Source: the human T2T-CHM13v2.0 reference genome, Homo sapiens. From it: 64,000 nt of DNA. The stretch is from the NCBI RefSeq assembly GCF_009914755.1, contig NC_060932.1. The stretch is one strand, 5' to 3'. This document shows, one piece after another, positions 38,847 to 53,459 of this stretch (its first letter is position 1; every line of letters starts with the position of its first letter). The translations under genes were made by a program, and so were the position numbers. Below the pieces are notes generated by a model that saw nothing but the letters and a program-made list of their open reading frames with translations, had not been told where the DNA came from and did not search any database.

Positions 38847-41800
38847 TTGTGGAGGAAAGTGGGGGATAGGATGCAGGGCTAATGTGCAGATCCCACTTGA
38901 ATTCAAAGAGCAGTGTGTTGAAACTCACACTGTGAACTTCTGCTCCAAGGACCACCACAGGAACCTAACAGGAAAACTGAACGAATTCACAGATCCTTTG
39001 AAAGAAATGACATGATACTGCAAATTCCACAGGGTAGGCAAAAAACTGTGAGTTCCCAAAGTGTGAGAAGGGTAAAACCTGCCTCCAAACACACATCCCC
39101 ACTGGGGAATGTGAAAATCCAGATCACAGGAGAAGGATTTAACCTTACTTAGAGATGAAATGGATTTAAGGAGCTGTGTGAAATATATAAGTAGAAGCAG
39201 CAGCAGAAAGAGCCTTGTAGGCACTCCCAGTGTCCAGCTTGATCCCAGGGAAGCCAACCCTGACTATATGTCACAGTGGCCCTTGGGGAACGCAGCCAGC
39301 AGAATTAGGGAGGGGTCACAGGGTGAGAGACGCTTCCAACTGGATTTTGTAATAATTTCGACTAGGCACAAACTTTCTTGAGCAGAGTCAAGGGGGTGAA
39401 TGGCAACTGCTGTAGGAATGCTGCAAGCATTGTGGGCAAATGGGGAGGGGCAAGGCCTGAAAGCCATGCTTGCTTTCTCAGTGGGGAAGCTTATGACCAG
39501 TGGCAAGGTCTGAGTTCTGTGTGCAGGCTGCCTCCATTGAAACTTGACACAGTTAATGGAGCACTGCAGGAGTGAGACTTAAGTCTGAACAGCAGGCCTT
39601 AAGTTCTATGCCAACTGCATGTGACCTGGGGGAGGACTCTCACTACTAGATATCCCTCACTTCCCTGGTGAACTCTATGGCACAGCAGAGACAGCCATAA
39701 TCCCCTCTGGAACATATAACCCCATTGGCCTGAGAACCACCCCTCCATCCCCAACAGTGGCTCTGGCAAGCCCCACCCAAGGAGAGTCTGAGCTTAGATC
39801 CACCTAACCCTACCCCCATCTGATGGTATTTCTCTGCCCACCCTTGTAGCTGAACACAAAACACAGAAACTCTTGGGAGCTTTATGGTTCTGTCCATTGC
39901 CTGATAAACCAGATTACTTATCCTGGCCAACTTAGGGCAAGCTTATATGCCCCTACTACTACCATAGCTGACCCTCTCTTGAAAGCACCACCTCCTGGCT
40001 GGAGGATAACCAACTCGGGCCATTACAGCAGCTCATTACAGAATAACCTTGCTCCCAGGAAGAAGAAAACAGCAGCTAATATCACTGCCTGCAACATCCT
40101 GGCTAACCAGAGGTTCTGAGTCTGTCACCATGACAACTTCACTGCTAACATAACCAGCATTCAAGAAAGCCAGTATCCTAAACATATCTATAACCAACGA
40201 TTCTCACAGAATCTATTCACTCTCCACCAGAGCACGTGCTGGTATCCATGGCTGGAAGACCTGAAGATTGATCACATCACACACATCACAGGACTCTTTT
40301 CAGACATTCCCCAGCACCAGCCCAGAGCCTGGTAGCCCTGCTGGGTGGCTAGACCCAGAGGAGTAATAACAGTAACTACAGTCTGGCTCTCAGGAAGCCC
40401 CATCCCTAGAAGAAGGGGGAGGGTACCACATCAAGAGATCACCTGATGGGATAAAAAAAATCTGAACAGCAAGGTATAAGTTCCAGATCTTTCCACTGAA
40501 ATAGTCTACCCAAATGAGAAGAAACTAGAAAGGTAATTCTGGCAATATGACAAAGCAGGTTCCATAACATCCCCAAAAGATAATACTAACTACCCAAGAA
40601 TGGATTCAAACCAAGAAGAAATCCCTGAATTGCCAGATAAAGAATTCAGAAAGTTGATTATTAAGTTACTCAAGGAGATACCAGAGAAAGTTAAAAACCA
40701 CCTTAAAGAAATATAAAAAAAATAGGGTATGGATGAAAAATTTTCTAGAGAAATAGATACCGTAAAGAAAAAATAATCACAAATTCTGGAAATGAAAGAC
40801 ACACTTAGAGAAATACAAAATGCAATGGGCCTGTGAAACAAAATAATCTCACAGGGCCTATGAAACAATAATACAATGAAAAAAGAAAAAAAAGCAAGAT
40901 ATACAGGCAACAACTCACATAATGAATAGAACTGTACCTTACATCTCAATACTAATGTTGAATGTAAATGGCCTAAATGCTCCACTTAAAAGATACAGAA
41001 TGGCAGAATGAATAAAAATCCACCAACAAAGTATCTACCGTCTTCGAGAAACTCATCTAACACGTAAGGACCCACATAAACTTAAGGTAAAGGGGTGGAA
41101 AAAGATATTCCAAATAGAAACCAAAAGCTAGCAAGAGTAGCTATACTTGTATCAGACCAAACAGACTTTAGAACAACAACAGTAAAAAAAAAACAAAAAG
41201 AAACATTACATAACTCTAAAAGACTAGCCCAACAGGAAAATATCACAATCCTAAATATATATGCACCTAACATTGGAACTCTCAAATTTATAAAATAATT
41301 ACCATTAAACTTAAGAAAAGAGATAGCAACACAATAATTAGTGGGGGACTTGAATACTCCACTGACAGCACTAGGAAAGTCATCAAGAAAGTCAACAAAG
41401 AAACAATAGGTTTAAACTATATCCTAGAACAAATGGACTTAACTGATATTTACAGAGCATTCTACCAAACAACTGCAGAATATACATTTTTTTCATCAGC
41501 ACATGGAACATTCTGCATAACAGACCATATGGTAGGTCACAAAACAAGTCTCAAAAAATGTAATAAAGTCAAAATTATATCAGATATCCTCTCAAACCAC
41601 AGTGAAATAAAACTGGAAATTAATTCCAGAAGAAACCCTCAAACTATACAAATACATGCAAATTAAATAATCTGCTCTTGAATAATCTTTGGATCAACAA
41701 TAAAATCAAGACGGAAATTTAAAAAATTCTTTGAACTGAACAATAACAGTGACACCACTTATCAAAACCTCTGGGATACAGCAAAAGCAATGTTAAGAGG

Positions 41801-44800
41801 AAAGATCACAGCATAAATGCCTTCATGAAAAAGTCTGAAAGCACACCAATAGGCAATCAAAGGTCACAACTCAAGAAACTAGAGAAACACGAACAAACCA
41901 AACTCAAATCCAGCAGAAGAAAAGAAATAATAAATATCAAAGCAGAACTAAATGAAGCAGAACAAAAAATACAAAAGATAAATGAAAGAAAAGCTGATTA
42001 TTTGAATAGATAAACAAAATTCATAGACCATTAATGAAATTACCAAGAAAAGAGGATGGAAGATCCAAATAAGCTCTGTTAGAAACAAAATGGGAGGTAT
42101 TACAACTGATACCACAGACATACAAAAGATCATTCAAGGCTACTATGAACACTTTTATGCACACAAACTAGAAAATCTAGAGAAGATGAATAAATTTCTG
42201 GAAATATATAACCATCATAGATTAAATCAGAAAGTAATAGAAACTCTGAATAGATCAACGAGTAGTGAGATTGAGAGAGTAATTTAAAAAAATGTCAACA
42301 TAAAAAGTCCAGGACCAGATAGATTCACACCTGAATTCTATCAGACATTCAAAAAAGAATTGGTACCAAACTTCTTGAAACTATTCCAAAAGATGGAGAA
42401 AGAGAGACTCTTCCCTAGGTCATTCTGTGAAGCCAATATCCCCCTATGAAGCCTGTATCACCCTAATACCAGAACCAGGAAAGGACATAACAAAAGAGAG
42501 AAACTACTGACCAATATCCTTGAAGAACATCAATGCAAAAATTCTCAACAAAATATTAGTTAACCAAATACAATAACATATCAGAAAGATATAATCAAGT
42601 GGGTTTCATAGCAAGGATGCAGGGGTGGTTTAACATATGCACGTCAATAAATTTGATACATCACATAAACAATTAAAAGCAAAACTCATGTGATCATCTC
42701 AATAGATGCACAAGAAACATCTGACAAAATCCAGGATCACTTTATGATTAAAACCCTCAGCAAAATTGGCACAGAAGGTACATATGTCAAGGTAATAAGA
42801 ACCACCTATGAGAAACCCACGACCAATGTTATACCAAACAGGGAAAACTTAAAATCATTCCCCCTGAGAACTTGAACAAAGGGAGGATGCCCACTTATAC
42901 CACTTCTATTTAACATATTACTAGAAGTTCTAGCGAGAGCAATCAAACAAGAGAAAGAAACAAAGGGCATCGAAATCAGTAAAGAGGAAGTCAAATTGTC
43001 ACTGTTGCTGATTATATAACTGTATACCTAGAAAACACTAAAGACTCATACAAAAAGCTACTAGATCTGATAAAGGACATCAGTAAAGTCTCAGGATACA
43101 AAATTAATGCACACATATAGGTATCACTGCTATACACCACCAACAACCAGAATGAAATGTAGAACACAATACCTTTTACAACCGCTGTAAAAAAATAAAA
43201 CTCAGAAACATACCTAACCAAGGAGGTGAAAGATCTTTACAAGGAAAACTCCAAAACACTGTTGAAAGAAATTATCAACAACTTGAACACATGGAAACAT
43301 TTCCCATGGTCATGGAAGGGTAGAATCAAAATTGTGAAAATGAGCACCATACTGCCAAAAGCAATCTACAGATTCAATGCAGTTCCCATCAAAATATCAT
43401 CATTATTCTTCAGAGAACTACAAAAAACAATCCTAAAGTTCATATGGAACAAAAAAAGATCCCATATAGCCAAAGCAAGAATAAGCAAAAAGAACAAATC
43501 TGGAGGCAACACATTACCCAATTTCAAACTATACTACAAGGCTATAGTTACCAAAATAGCATAGTACTGGCATAAAAATAGGCAGGTAGACCAATGGAAC
43601 ACAAAAGATAACCCAGAAATAAAGCCAAATACTTATATCCAGCTGATCTTTCACAAAGCAAACAAAAACATAAAATGGGGAAAGGACACCCTATTCAACA
43701 AATAGTCCTGGGATAATTGGCAAGCCACATGCAGAAGAATAAAACTGGATTCTCATTTCTCAACTTAGATTAGATTGGTGCAAAAGTAACTGCAGTTTTG
43801 CCATTAAAAGTGACAGCAAAACAGCAATTACTTTTACACCAACCTAATACAAAAATCAAGTCAAGATGGATCAAAGATTTAAATCTAAGACCTGAAACCA
43901 TAAAAATTCTAGAAGATAATATAAAAAAAAACTCTTTTAGACACTGGCATGGGCAAAGAGTTCATGACCCAAAAGCAAATGGAACAAAACCAAAAATAAA
44001 TAGATGAGACCTAATTAAACTAAAAAGCTTCTGCACAGCAAAAGAAATAATCAGCAGTGTAACAGAAAATAGAAAATATGCACAAACTATGCATCTGACA
44101 AAGGACTAATATCCAGAATCTACAAGGAGCTCAAATAAATCAGCAAGAAAAAGTCAAATAATCCCATCAAAAAGTGGACAAAGAACATGAATAGACAACT
44201 CTCAAAAGAAGATATAAAAATGGCCAACAAACCTATGAAAAAATGCTCAACATCACTAATGATCAGGGGATGTGAATCAAAACCACAATGTGATAACCAC
44301 TTTACTCCTGGAAGTATGGCCTTAATTAAAAAATTAAAAACTAATAGATGTTAGCATGATGTGGTGTAAAGGCAACACTTTTACACTGTTGGTAGAAATA
44401 TAAACTAGTACAACCACTATGGAAAACAGTATGGAGATACATTATAGAACTAAAAGTAGAACTACCATTTGATATAGCATTCCCACTATGCACTATGGTA
44501 TCTACCCAGAGGGCAATAAGTCATTTTATGAAAAAGACACTTGCACACACATGTTTATAGCAGCACAATTTGCAGTTGCAAAAATATGAAACCAACCAGC
44601 CTAAATGCCCATCAACCAAAGAGTGGATAAAGAAAATGTGAGAGAGAGAGATGTATATGCATACATATATATCACATATCAGTATTCCATGAGTGTGTGT
44701 GTGTGTGTGTGTGTATGCATATGTGTACATATATACACACAGCTATAAAAAAAGAATGAAATAATGGCATTTGCAATAACCTGAGTGGAATTAGAGAACA

Positions 44801-45095
44801 TTTTTCTAAGTGAAGTAACTCAGTAATAGAAAACCAATTATCATATATTCGCAGTTATAAGTGGGAGCTAAGCTATGAGAACACAAAGGCATAAGAATGA
44901 TATAATGGACTTTAGGGACTTGGGGGAAGGGTCGGGAGGGGTGTGATAGATAAAAGACTACACATTGTGTACAGTGTACACTGCTCAGGTTATGGGTTCA
45001 CCAAAGTCTCAGAAATCACCACTAAAGAACATATCTATGTAACAAAAAAACCACCTGTTCTTCAAAAACTATTGAAGTAAAATGAAGAAAAACAC
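38847..45095 (+). mobile_element. Near-full-length L1PB (L1PBa-type 5'UTR) with an ORF1 deletion, nested in host ORF1
   Basis: Long 5'UTR, ORF2 remnants (ORFs at 41095, 41433, 42090, 43226) and the 3' end agaaatcaccactaaagaac. TSD caaagggttaaaaacaga (38829-38846) / caaagggttgataacaga (45096-45113). Confidence 0.9.
43770..43847. mobile_element. MADE1 (Hsmar1-derived 80-bp MITE)
   Basis: ttagattggtgcaaaagtaactgc ... gcaattacttttacaccaacctaa followed by TA; palindromic mariner TIR pair inside L1PB ORF2. Confidence 0.93.
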
Positions 45096-47416
45096 CAAAG
45101 GGTTGATAACAGAGAACTTCCCAAAACCTAGAGAAAGATATCAATATCTAAGGACACAAAGGTTGTAGAACACCAAGCAGATTTAACCCAAAGGAGACTA
45201 CTTCAAGACATTTAATAATCAACCTCCCAAAAGTCAAGAATAAATAAAGGTTCTTAAAAGCAGCAAGAAAAAAGAAACAAATATCAAACAATGGAGCTCC
45301 AATATGTCTGGCCACAGGCTTTTCAGTGGAAAGCTTGCAGGACAGAATAGAGTGGCATGACATATTTAAAGTACTGAAGGAAAAAACAAAAAAAAAAAAA
45401 TTTACCCTAGAATAGTATATCCAGTAAAAATATCCTTCAAACATGAAGGATAAATAAACATTTTCCCAGACAAACAAAAGCTGAGGGATTTCATAAATTA
45501 CAGACCTGTCCTACAATAAATGCTAATGGGAGTATACCAATCATAAAGAAAATAACAATAAATATTAATAATCACTGGAAGGTATAAAACTCACTGGAAA
45601 TAGTAAGTACATAGAAAAACATAGAATATTATAGCACGGTAACTGTGGTGTATAAACTACTCATCCTAAGCGGAAAGACTAAACAATGAATCAATCAGAA
45701 ATGATAACTACAACAGCTTTTCAAGACATAATCATTACAATAAGCTATAAATAGAAATGATAAAAATTTAAAAAGTGGGAGGACAAAGTTAAGGCATAAA
45801 GTTTTTACTAGTTTTCTTTTTGATTGTTTATGCAAATAGTGTTGTTATCAGGTTAAAATAATGAGTATAAGACAGTATTTGCAAGCCTTATGGTAACCCC
45901 AAAGCACAAATCATACAATGGATACACAAAAAATAAAAAGCAAGAAACTAAATCATGTCACCAGAGAAAATCATCTTCACTATAAGAAGACAGGAAGGAA
46001 ATAAATAAGGAATAGAAGGTCAGAAAACAAATAAGAAAATAGCAGAAATAAGTCCTCATTTATCAAAAATAACGTTGAATGTAAATGGATTAATCTCTCC
46101 AATCAAAAGACATAGACTTGCCTAATGGATGAAAAAACAAGACCCATTGATCTGTTACCTGCAAGAAACACACTTCACCTATGAAGACACACATAGGCTG
46201 AAAATGATAAAACGTAAAAATATTCTATGACAATGAAAACAAAAAAAGTGGAAGTCACTATACTCATATCAAACCACATAGATTTCAAAACAAAAACTGC
46301 AAGAAGAGACACAAAAGATCACTATATAATGATAAAGGGATCAATTCAGCAAGAACATATAAAAATTTTAAATATATATGCACCCAACACTGTTGCACCA
46401 AGATATATAAAGGAAATATTATCAGAGCTAAACAGGGTGATAGGCTCCTATACAATAATAACTGGAGACTTCAATGCCCCACTTTCAGCATTGGACAGAT
46501 CTTCCAGACAGAAAATCAACAAACATCAGACTTAATCTGCACTATAGACCAAATGGATCTAATATTTACATAACATTTCATCCAAAGTCTGCAGAATATA
46601 CATTCTTTTCATCAACACATAGATTATTCTCAAGGATAGAACACAGGTTAGGTCACAAAACAAGTCTTAAAACATTTGAAAAAAATGAAATAATAGCAAG
46701 CATCTTCTCTGACCACAATGGAATAAAACCAGAAATTAATAATAAGAGGAATTTTAGAAACTATACAAATACATGGAAATTAAACAATATGCTCCTGAAT
46801 GACCAGTGGGTCAATGAGTAAATTAAGATGGAAATTGACAATTTATTGACACAAATAAAAATGGAAATACAATATTCCAAAACCTACGGATACAGCAAAA
46901 GTAGTGTTAAGAGGGAAGTTGATAGCTACAAGTGCCTACATAAAAAGAGAAAGAACTTCAAATGAACAACCTAACAATGCACCTTAAAGAACTAGATAAG
47001 AAAGAGCAAAACAAATCAAAATTAGTAGAAGTGAAGAAATAATAATGATCAGAGCAGAAATAAATAAAATTGATATGAAGAAAATAAAAATCAAAAGATC
47101 AATGAAACAAAAATTTGGTTTTTTGAAAAGTTAAACAAAATTGAAAAACCTTTAGCCAGACCAACTAAAAAGAGAGATCAAAATAAATAAAATCAGAAAC
47201 AGAAAAGGAGCTATTACAACTGATACTGCAGAAATGCAATAGATCATTAGTACCTACTGTGAGCAACTATATGTCAATAAATTAGGAAACCTATAAAAAA
47301 ATTGACGAATTACTAGACACGTAAAATCTACCAAGACTGAAGCAGGAAGAAATCCAAAACCTGAACAGATCAATAACCAGTAACGAGATTGAAGCCATAA
47401 TAAATATTCTCCCAGG

Positions 47417-47713
<297 letters not shown>

Positions 47714-47889
47714 CAATTCTCCCAGAAGAAAAACCTCATAGCTTTATTGCTGAATTCTGCCAACCACTTAAAGAAATAGTACCAATCCTACTTCAACTAT
47801 TCCACAAAACAGAGGAGGAGGGAATGCTTCCAACCTCATTCTATGAAGCCAGTATTGCGCTGATACCAAAACCAGAAAAAGACATTTCA

Positions 47890-47970
47890 GAAGAAGAAAG
47901 AAGAAGAAGAAGAAGAAGAAGAAGAGGAAGAGGAAGAGGAAGAGGAAGAAGAAGAAGAAGAAGAAGAAGA
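47890..47970. repeat. (GAA)n/(GAGGAA)n purine microsatellite
   Basis: ~80 bp of pure purine, expanded from an A-rich stretch of L1. Confidence 0.95.
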
Positions 47971-50900
47971 CGACTACAGGCCAATACCTTTTATAAATAT
48001 TGAGGCAAAAGTCCTCAACAAAACACTAGCAAACTCAATTCAACAATACATTAGAAATATCATTTATCATGAACAAGTGGGATTTGTTCCTGTGATGCAA
48101 GATGCTTCAACATAAGGAAATAAATGAAGGTGACACATCATGTCAAACAAAGGAAGGCTACAAATCATATGATCATTTCAATTAATGCTGGAAAATCATT
48201 TTATAAAACTTAACATTCCTTTATAATAAAAGCCTTCAAAAAACTGGGGATTGAAGGAACTTACCTCAACATAATAAAAGTCATATATGACAAACCCACA
48301 TCTAATATCATACTGTATAGGAAAAAAGCGAAAGCCTTTTCCTTTAAGATCTGGACCATGAAAGGGATGCCTACTGTCACCACTCATATTTAATACAGTA
48401 CTGGAAGTCCTAACTAGAGCAGGAAACAAGAGAAATATACCAAAGACATCCATACTGGAAAGAAAGAAGTCAAATTATCCTTGTTTGCCGATGATATAAT
48501 CTTATATTTGGAAAACCTAAAGACTCCACAAGAAAACTATTAGAACTGATAAATAAATTCAGTGAAGTTGTAGGATACAAAATCAACATACAAAGATCAG
48601 TAGTATTTCTATATGCCAACAGTGAACAATGTGAAAAGAAAAAATTAAAAAGTAGCCCCATTTACAACAGCCACACATGAAATTAAATGCCCATACACAA
48701 ACTTAACCAAAGAAGTGAAAAATCTCTATAATGAGAATTATAAAACATTGATAGAAGAAATTTAAGAAGACACAATAAAATGGAAAAAAATTCCATGTTC
48801 ATGGATTGAAGAATCAATACTGTTAAAATGTCCATTCTACTCAAAGCAATCTACAGATTCAATGCAATCCCTCTCAAAATGCCAGTGACAGTCTTCAAAG
48901 ACAAAGAAAAAAAATTATTCTAAAATTTACATGGAACCACAAAAGACCTAGACTAACCAAAGCTATCCTAAGCAAAAAGACAAAAAGAACAAAGCTGGCA
49001 GAATTATATTACCTGACTTCAAATTATACTACAAAGTGATAATAAACAAAATAGCATGATACATACATCCACTGATACATACATCAGTGGAACAGAGTAG
49101 AGAACCCAGAAACAGATCCATACACCCATAGTTAACTTATTTTTTACAAAGGTACCAAGACCATACATTGAGGAGAAGACAATCTGTTCAATAAACAGTG
49201 CTGGGAAAACTGGATATCCGTATGCAGAAGTATGAAAATAGATTCCTATCTCTTACCTTATAGAAAAATAAAATCAAAATGAATTAACAACTTAAATCTA
49301 AATCCTCTAACAATGAAACTACTATAAAAAATCAAGGCAAATGTTCAGCACATTAGTCTGGGCCAAACTTTCTTGAGCAATACCCCAGAAGCACAGACAA
49401 CCAAAGCAAAAATGGACAAATGGGATCACATCAAGTTAAAAAACTTCTGCACAGCAAAGGATACAATTAACAAAATGACAAGAAAACCTACAGAATGGGA
49501 GAAAGTATTTGCAAACTACCATCAGACAAGGGCTTAATAAAAAGACTATCTGAGGATTTCAAATAACTCCATAGGAAAAAAATCTAACTATTTGATCTAA
49601 AGATGGGAAAAATATTTGAATAGACATTTCTCTAAAGAATACATACAAATGGCAAACAGGCATATGAAAAGCTGCTCAACATCATTGATTATCAAAGAAA
49701 TGCAAATCAAAATTACAATGAGCTGTCATCTCACTCCAGTTAAAATGGCTTATATCAAAATGACAGTCAATAACAAATGCTGCATATCAGATCAAGGAAA
49801 TTTTGGGCAGAGGCTATGAGGTTTTCTAGGTATACAATCTTATTGTCTGCAAACAGGGATAGTTGGACATCCTCTCTTTCTATTTGGATGCATTTTACTT
49901 CTTTCTTTTGCCCAATTGCTGTAGGTAGGACTTCCAATACTATGTTGAATAGGACTGGTGAGAGAGGAATTTCTTGTCTTGTTTTGGTTCTTAAGGGGAA
50001 TGTTTCCAGCTATTGTCCATTCAGTATGGTGTCAGTGGGTTTTTTCAAAGACGGCTGCTTTTATTTTAAGGTATTTTCCTTCAGTGCCTAGTTTGTTGAG
50101 GGTTTTTAACATGAAGCAATGTTTAATTTTATCAAAAGCCATTTCTATATCTACTGAGATAATCATGTGTTTTTTGTTTATATGATGAGTAACATTTATT
50201 GATATGTGTATGTAGAACCAATCTTGCATCCCAGGGATAAAGCCTACTTGGTAATGGTGGACTAGCTTTCAGATGTGCTATTGGATTCAGTTTGTTAGTA
50301 ATTTGTTGAGTATTTTTTGCTGGCAAAGACTTCATGACAAAGACACCAAAAGCAATTGCAACAGAAACAGAAATTAATAAATGAGATCTAATTAAATGAA
50401 AGAGCTTATGTACAGCAAAATAAATTATCAACAGAGTAAACAGAAAATCTCCAGAATGGGAGAAAATATTGCAATTTATGCATCTGACAAAGGTCTAATA
50501 TCCAGAATCTAGAAGAAACTTAAACATATTTACAAGCAAAAAACAACAGCCCCATTAAAAAGTAGGCAAAGGACATGAACATACATTTTTCAAAAGAAGA
50601 TATAGATATGTCCAACAAGCATATTTTAAAATGCTTGACATCAATCATTAGAGCAATGCAAATCAAAACCTCAATGAGATAATATCTCACATGAGTCAGA
50701 GTGGCTATTATTAAAAGGAAAGTAAATAAATAATAGATGCTGGAAAGATTTTGAAAAAAAGGAAATGTTTATACACTGCTGATGGAAATATAAATTAGTT
50801 CAGCCATTGTGGAAAGCAGTTTGATGAATACTTAAATAACCTAAAACGGGATTACCATTTGACCCAGCAATCCCATTATTAGGTACATACTCAAAGGAAA

Positions 50901-51108
50901 ATAGATAATTGTACCAAAAGAACACATGCACTCATATATTCTTCATCATGCAGTTTACTACCAGAGACATGGAACCAACCTAGGTGTTCATCAATGAATG
51001 AGTGCACAAAGAAAATGTGGTACATATACACCATGGAATGCTAGGAAGCCATAAAAAACAATAATATTACGTACTTTACAGAAACAGGGATAGAGCTGGA
51101 GGCCATTA

Positions 51109-51110
<2 letters not shown>

Positions 51111-51157
<47 letters not shown>

Positions 51158-51436
51158 AGACGGAGTCTTGCTCTGTCTCCCAGGCTGGAGGGCAGTGGTG
51201 TGATCTCAGCTCACTGCAACCTCCACCTCCTAGGTTCAAGCAATTCTCCTGCCTGAGATTCCTGAATAGTTGGGATTACAGGCACACGTCACTGCGCCCA
51301 GCTAATTTTTGTATTTTTAGTAGAGATGGGGTTTCACCATGTTGGTCAGGCTGGTCTCCAACTCCTGACCTCATGATCTGCCTGCCTTGGCCTCCCAAAG
51401 TGCTGGGATTACAGGCGTGAGCCATCGTGCCCGGCC
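51111..51436 (-). mobile_element. AluSg-like element with a 46-nt pure poly-T tail
   Basis: TSD gaggccattatctt at 51099-51112 and 51437-51450. Confidence 0.94.
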
Positions 51437-51610
51437 GAGGCCATTATCTTAACCAAACTAACACAGGAACAGAAAACCAAACACCACATGTTCTCACTTA
51501 TAAGTGCTAAGCAATGGGAACACATAAATACTAGAAGGAGAACAACAGACACTGGGGTCTACTTGAGGATGGAAGGTGGGAGGAAGGTGAAGATAAAAAA
51601 TTACTCATCA

Positions 51611-51901
<291 letters not shown>

Positions 51902-52833
51902 TTACTTGTCAGGTACTATGTTTATTACCTGGGAGACAAAGTAATCTGTACACCAAAGCCCCCAACATACAATTTAGCTATATAACAAATCTGCACATGT
52001 ACCCTTGAACACAAAATAAAAATTAAAAGAATAATTTTTAATAGAAAAAATAAAAGACTGTCAAACCAGACAGGAAGGTGCCAGAGTTTGAAAGGATTTT
52101 TTAAAATATTAGTAGAGAGTCATCATCAGTATCCCTAATTAATATTTAAAAACAAGTTAGCCAGGGAAAGACATCTTTCATGTTTCTCATATGTATTTCA
52201 TCTTCTTTGTTTCTTGTCCTCCTCGCTCTTTGCAGATAAATTTTAGGGAAATCAGATGAGGAGAACTGAAGAAATTAAGGAATTGGCTGTGGAAAATTGG
52301 AAAGCCCAGGACAGCAAATGATGAACAAAACCAAGGCAAAAGAACAATATAGTTTATCAGCCCTAAACACCTTTAGTATAACTATTGGAGATGTATTGTC
52401 AACAAGAGAACACTGGGGATACTTGGCAAAATAAGAAAGGAAAGAACACTCCTCACCTTTCATGTGTCTTCTTTTATATTCCCAATCCTCCCCACTCCCT
52501 CCGTCAGCACCCTACCCCTTCAAAAAACAAAAATCCAGAATCCTCTATAGGGTAATTTTGCATCAATTTTATAAAGAGACCCAATATTCATCATCTGTTT
52601 AGTCATCATTTTAAAAATATAATTTAATAGGAGGGTCAAATTGCTTTTTGTGGTTTTACTTATTCTCAGAATTATAAGATGTAGTTGGAATGACAGAAGA
52701 TGAAAAGTTTAGTAGCAGTAGGAGTTAAATGAGCAGAAGAAATTATATTGGAAATATAAAAAGGAGAATAAAGTAAACTTTTAAATAAGTAAAGTATAAA
52801 ATGTATACAATGTGTTCAAAAACCAGAGATTTA

Positions 52834-52963
52834 CCCGTTTATGCCAGAGGTTGCAAATTTTTTTGTGTGAAAAATCAGACCTTGATGATGACCTTGAGCA
52901 GTAGGATGTAAATAACTCCCATAAGCATAGCGTTCCACTATTGGAACACTAGGCGTAAATCGC
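52834..52963 (-). mobile_element. MER85 piggyBac MITE (PGBD3-derived)
   Basis: cccgtttatgccagaggttgcaa...aatcagaccttg..gatgaccttgagcagtaggat..aaataactccca..gcgttccactattggaacactaggcgtaaat matches the MER85 consensus as I recall it. TTAA flanks are degenerate. Confidence 0.9.
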
Positions 52964-53284
52964 TAATAGGTTAGTATAGTGACAATCACTGAGTGATCTA
53001 ATTTAAGATAAATAATTTGCATATATTTTTGCATGACAAGAATGTTAGAGATTTTTAAAAAATACATAGTTTTTGCATTCAAAAATTGCAAAATGATAAA
53101 AGAATTTATCTGTGATGTTTAGTGCAAGGTTAGATGCTAAGCACAGTTACAAATTGGGTTCCCAAAAAGCAACTCTGAGACCCATGCACATGCAGGAAGT
53201 TTACTTCTTACTACTTACCAAGAAAACTACTCTTGGTAACCACACCTGTGAAAAGTTGAGGAGCTAAAAGAAGTAAAAAACAGG

Positions 53285-53407
53285 GTATTAGGGTTCTTCA
53301 GAGAAACAGAACCAGAACCAATAGGAGATGGACGGATGGATGGATGGATGGATGGAAGAATGGATAGATGGATGGATGGATAGATGGATGGATGGATGGA
53401 TAATAGT

Positions 53408-53459
<52 letters not shown>

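Noticed and set aside
38847-45095. Active, retrotransposition-competent L1
   Set aside because: Old subfamily, ORF1 largely deleted, ORF2 broken by many stops and frameshifts and by a MADE1 insertion.
52236-52335. Strong acceptor followed by purine-rich exon-like sequence
   Set aside because: Stops in all three frames and no canonical donor; at most an unsupported non-coding exon.
52880-52960. C/D-box snoRNA suggested by tgatga
   Set aside because: Fully explained by the MER85 consensus.
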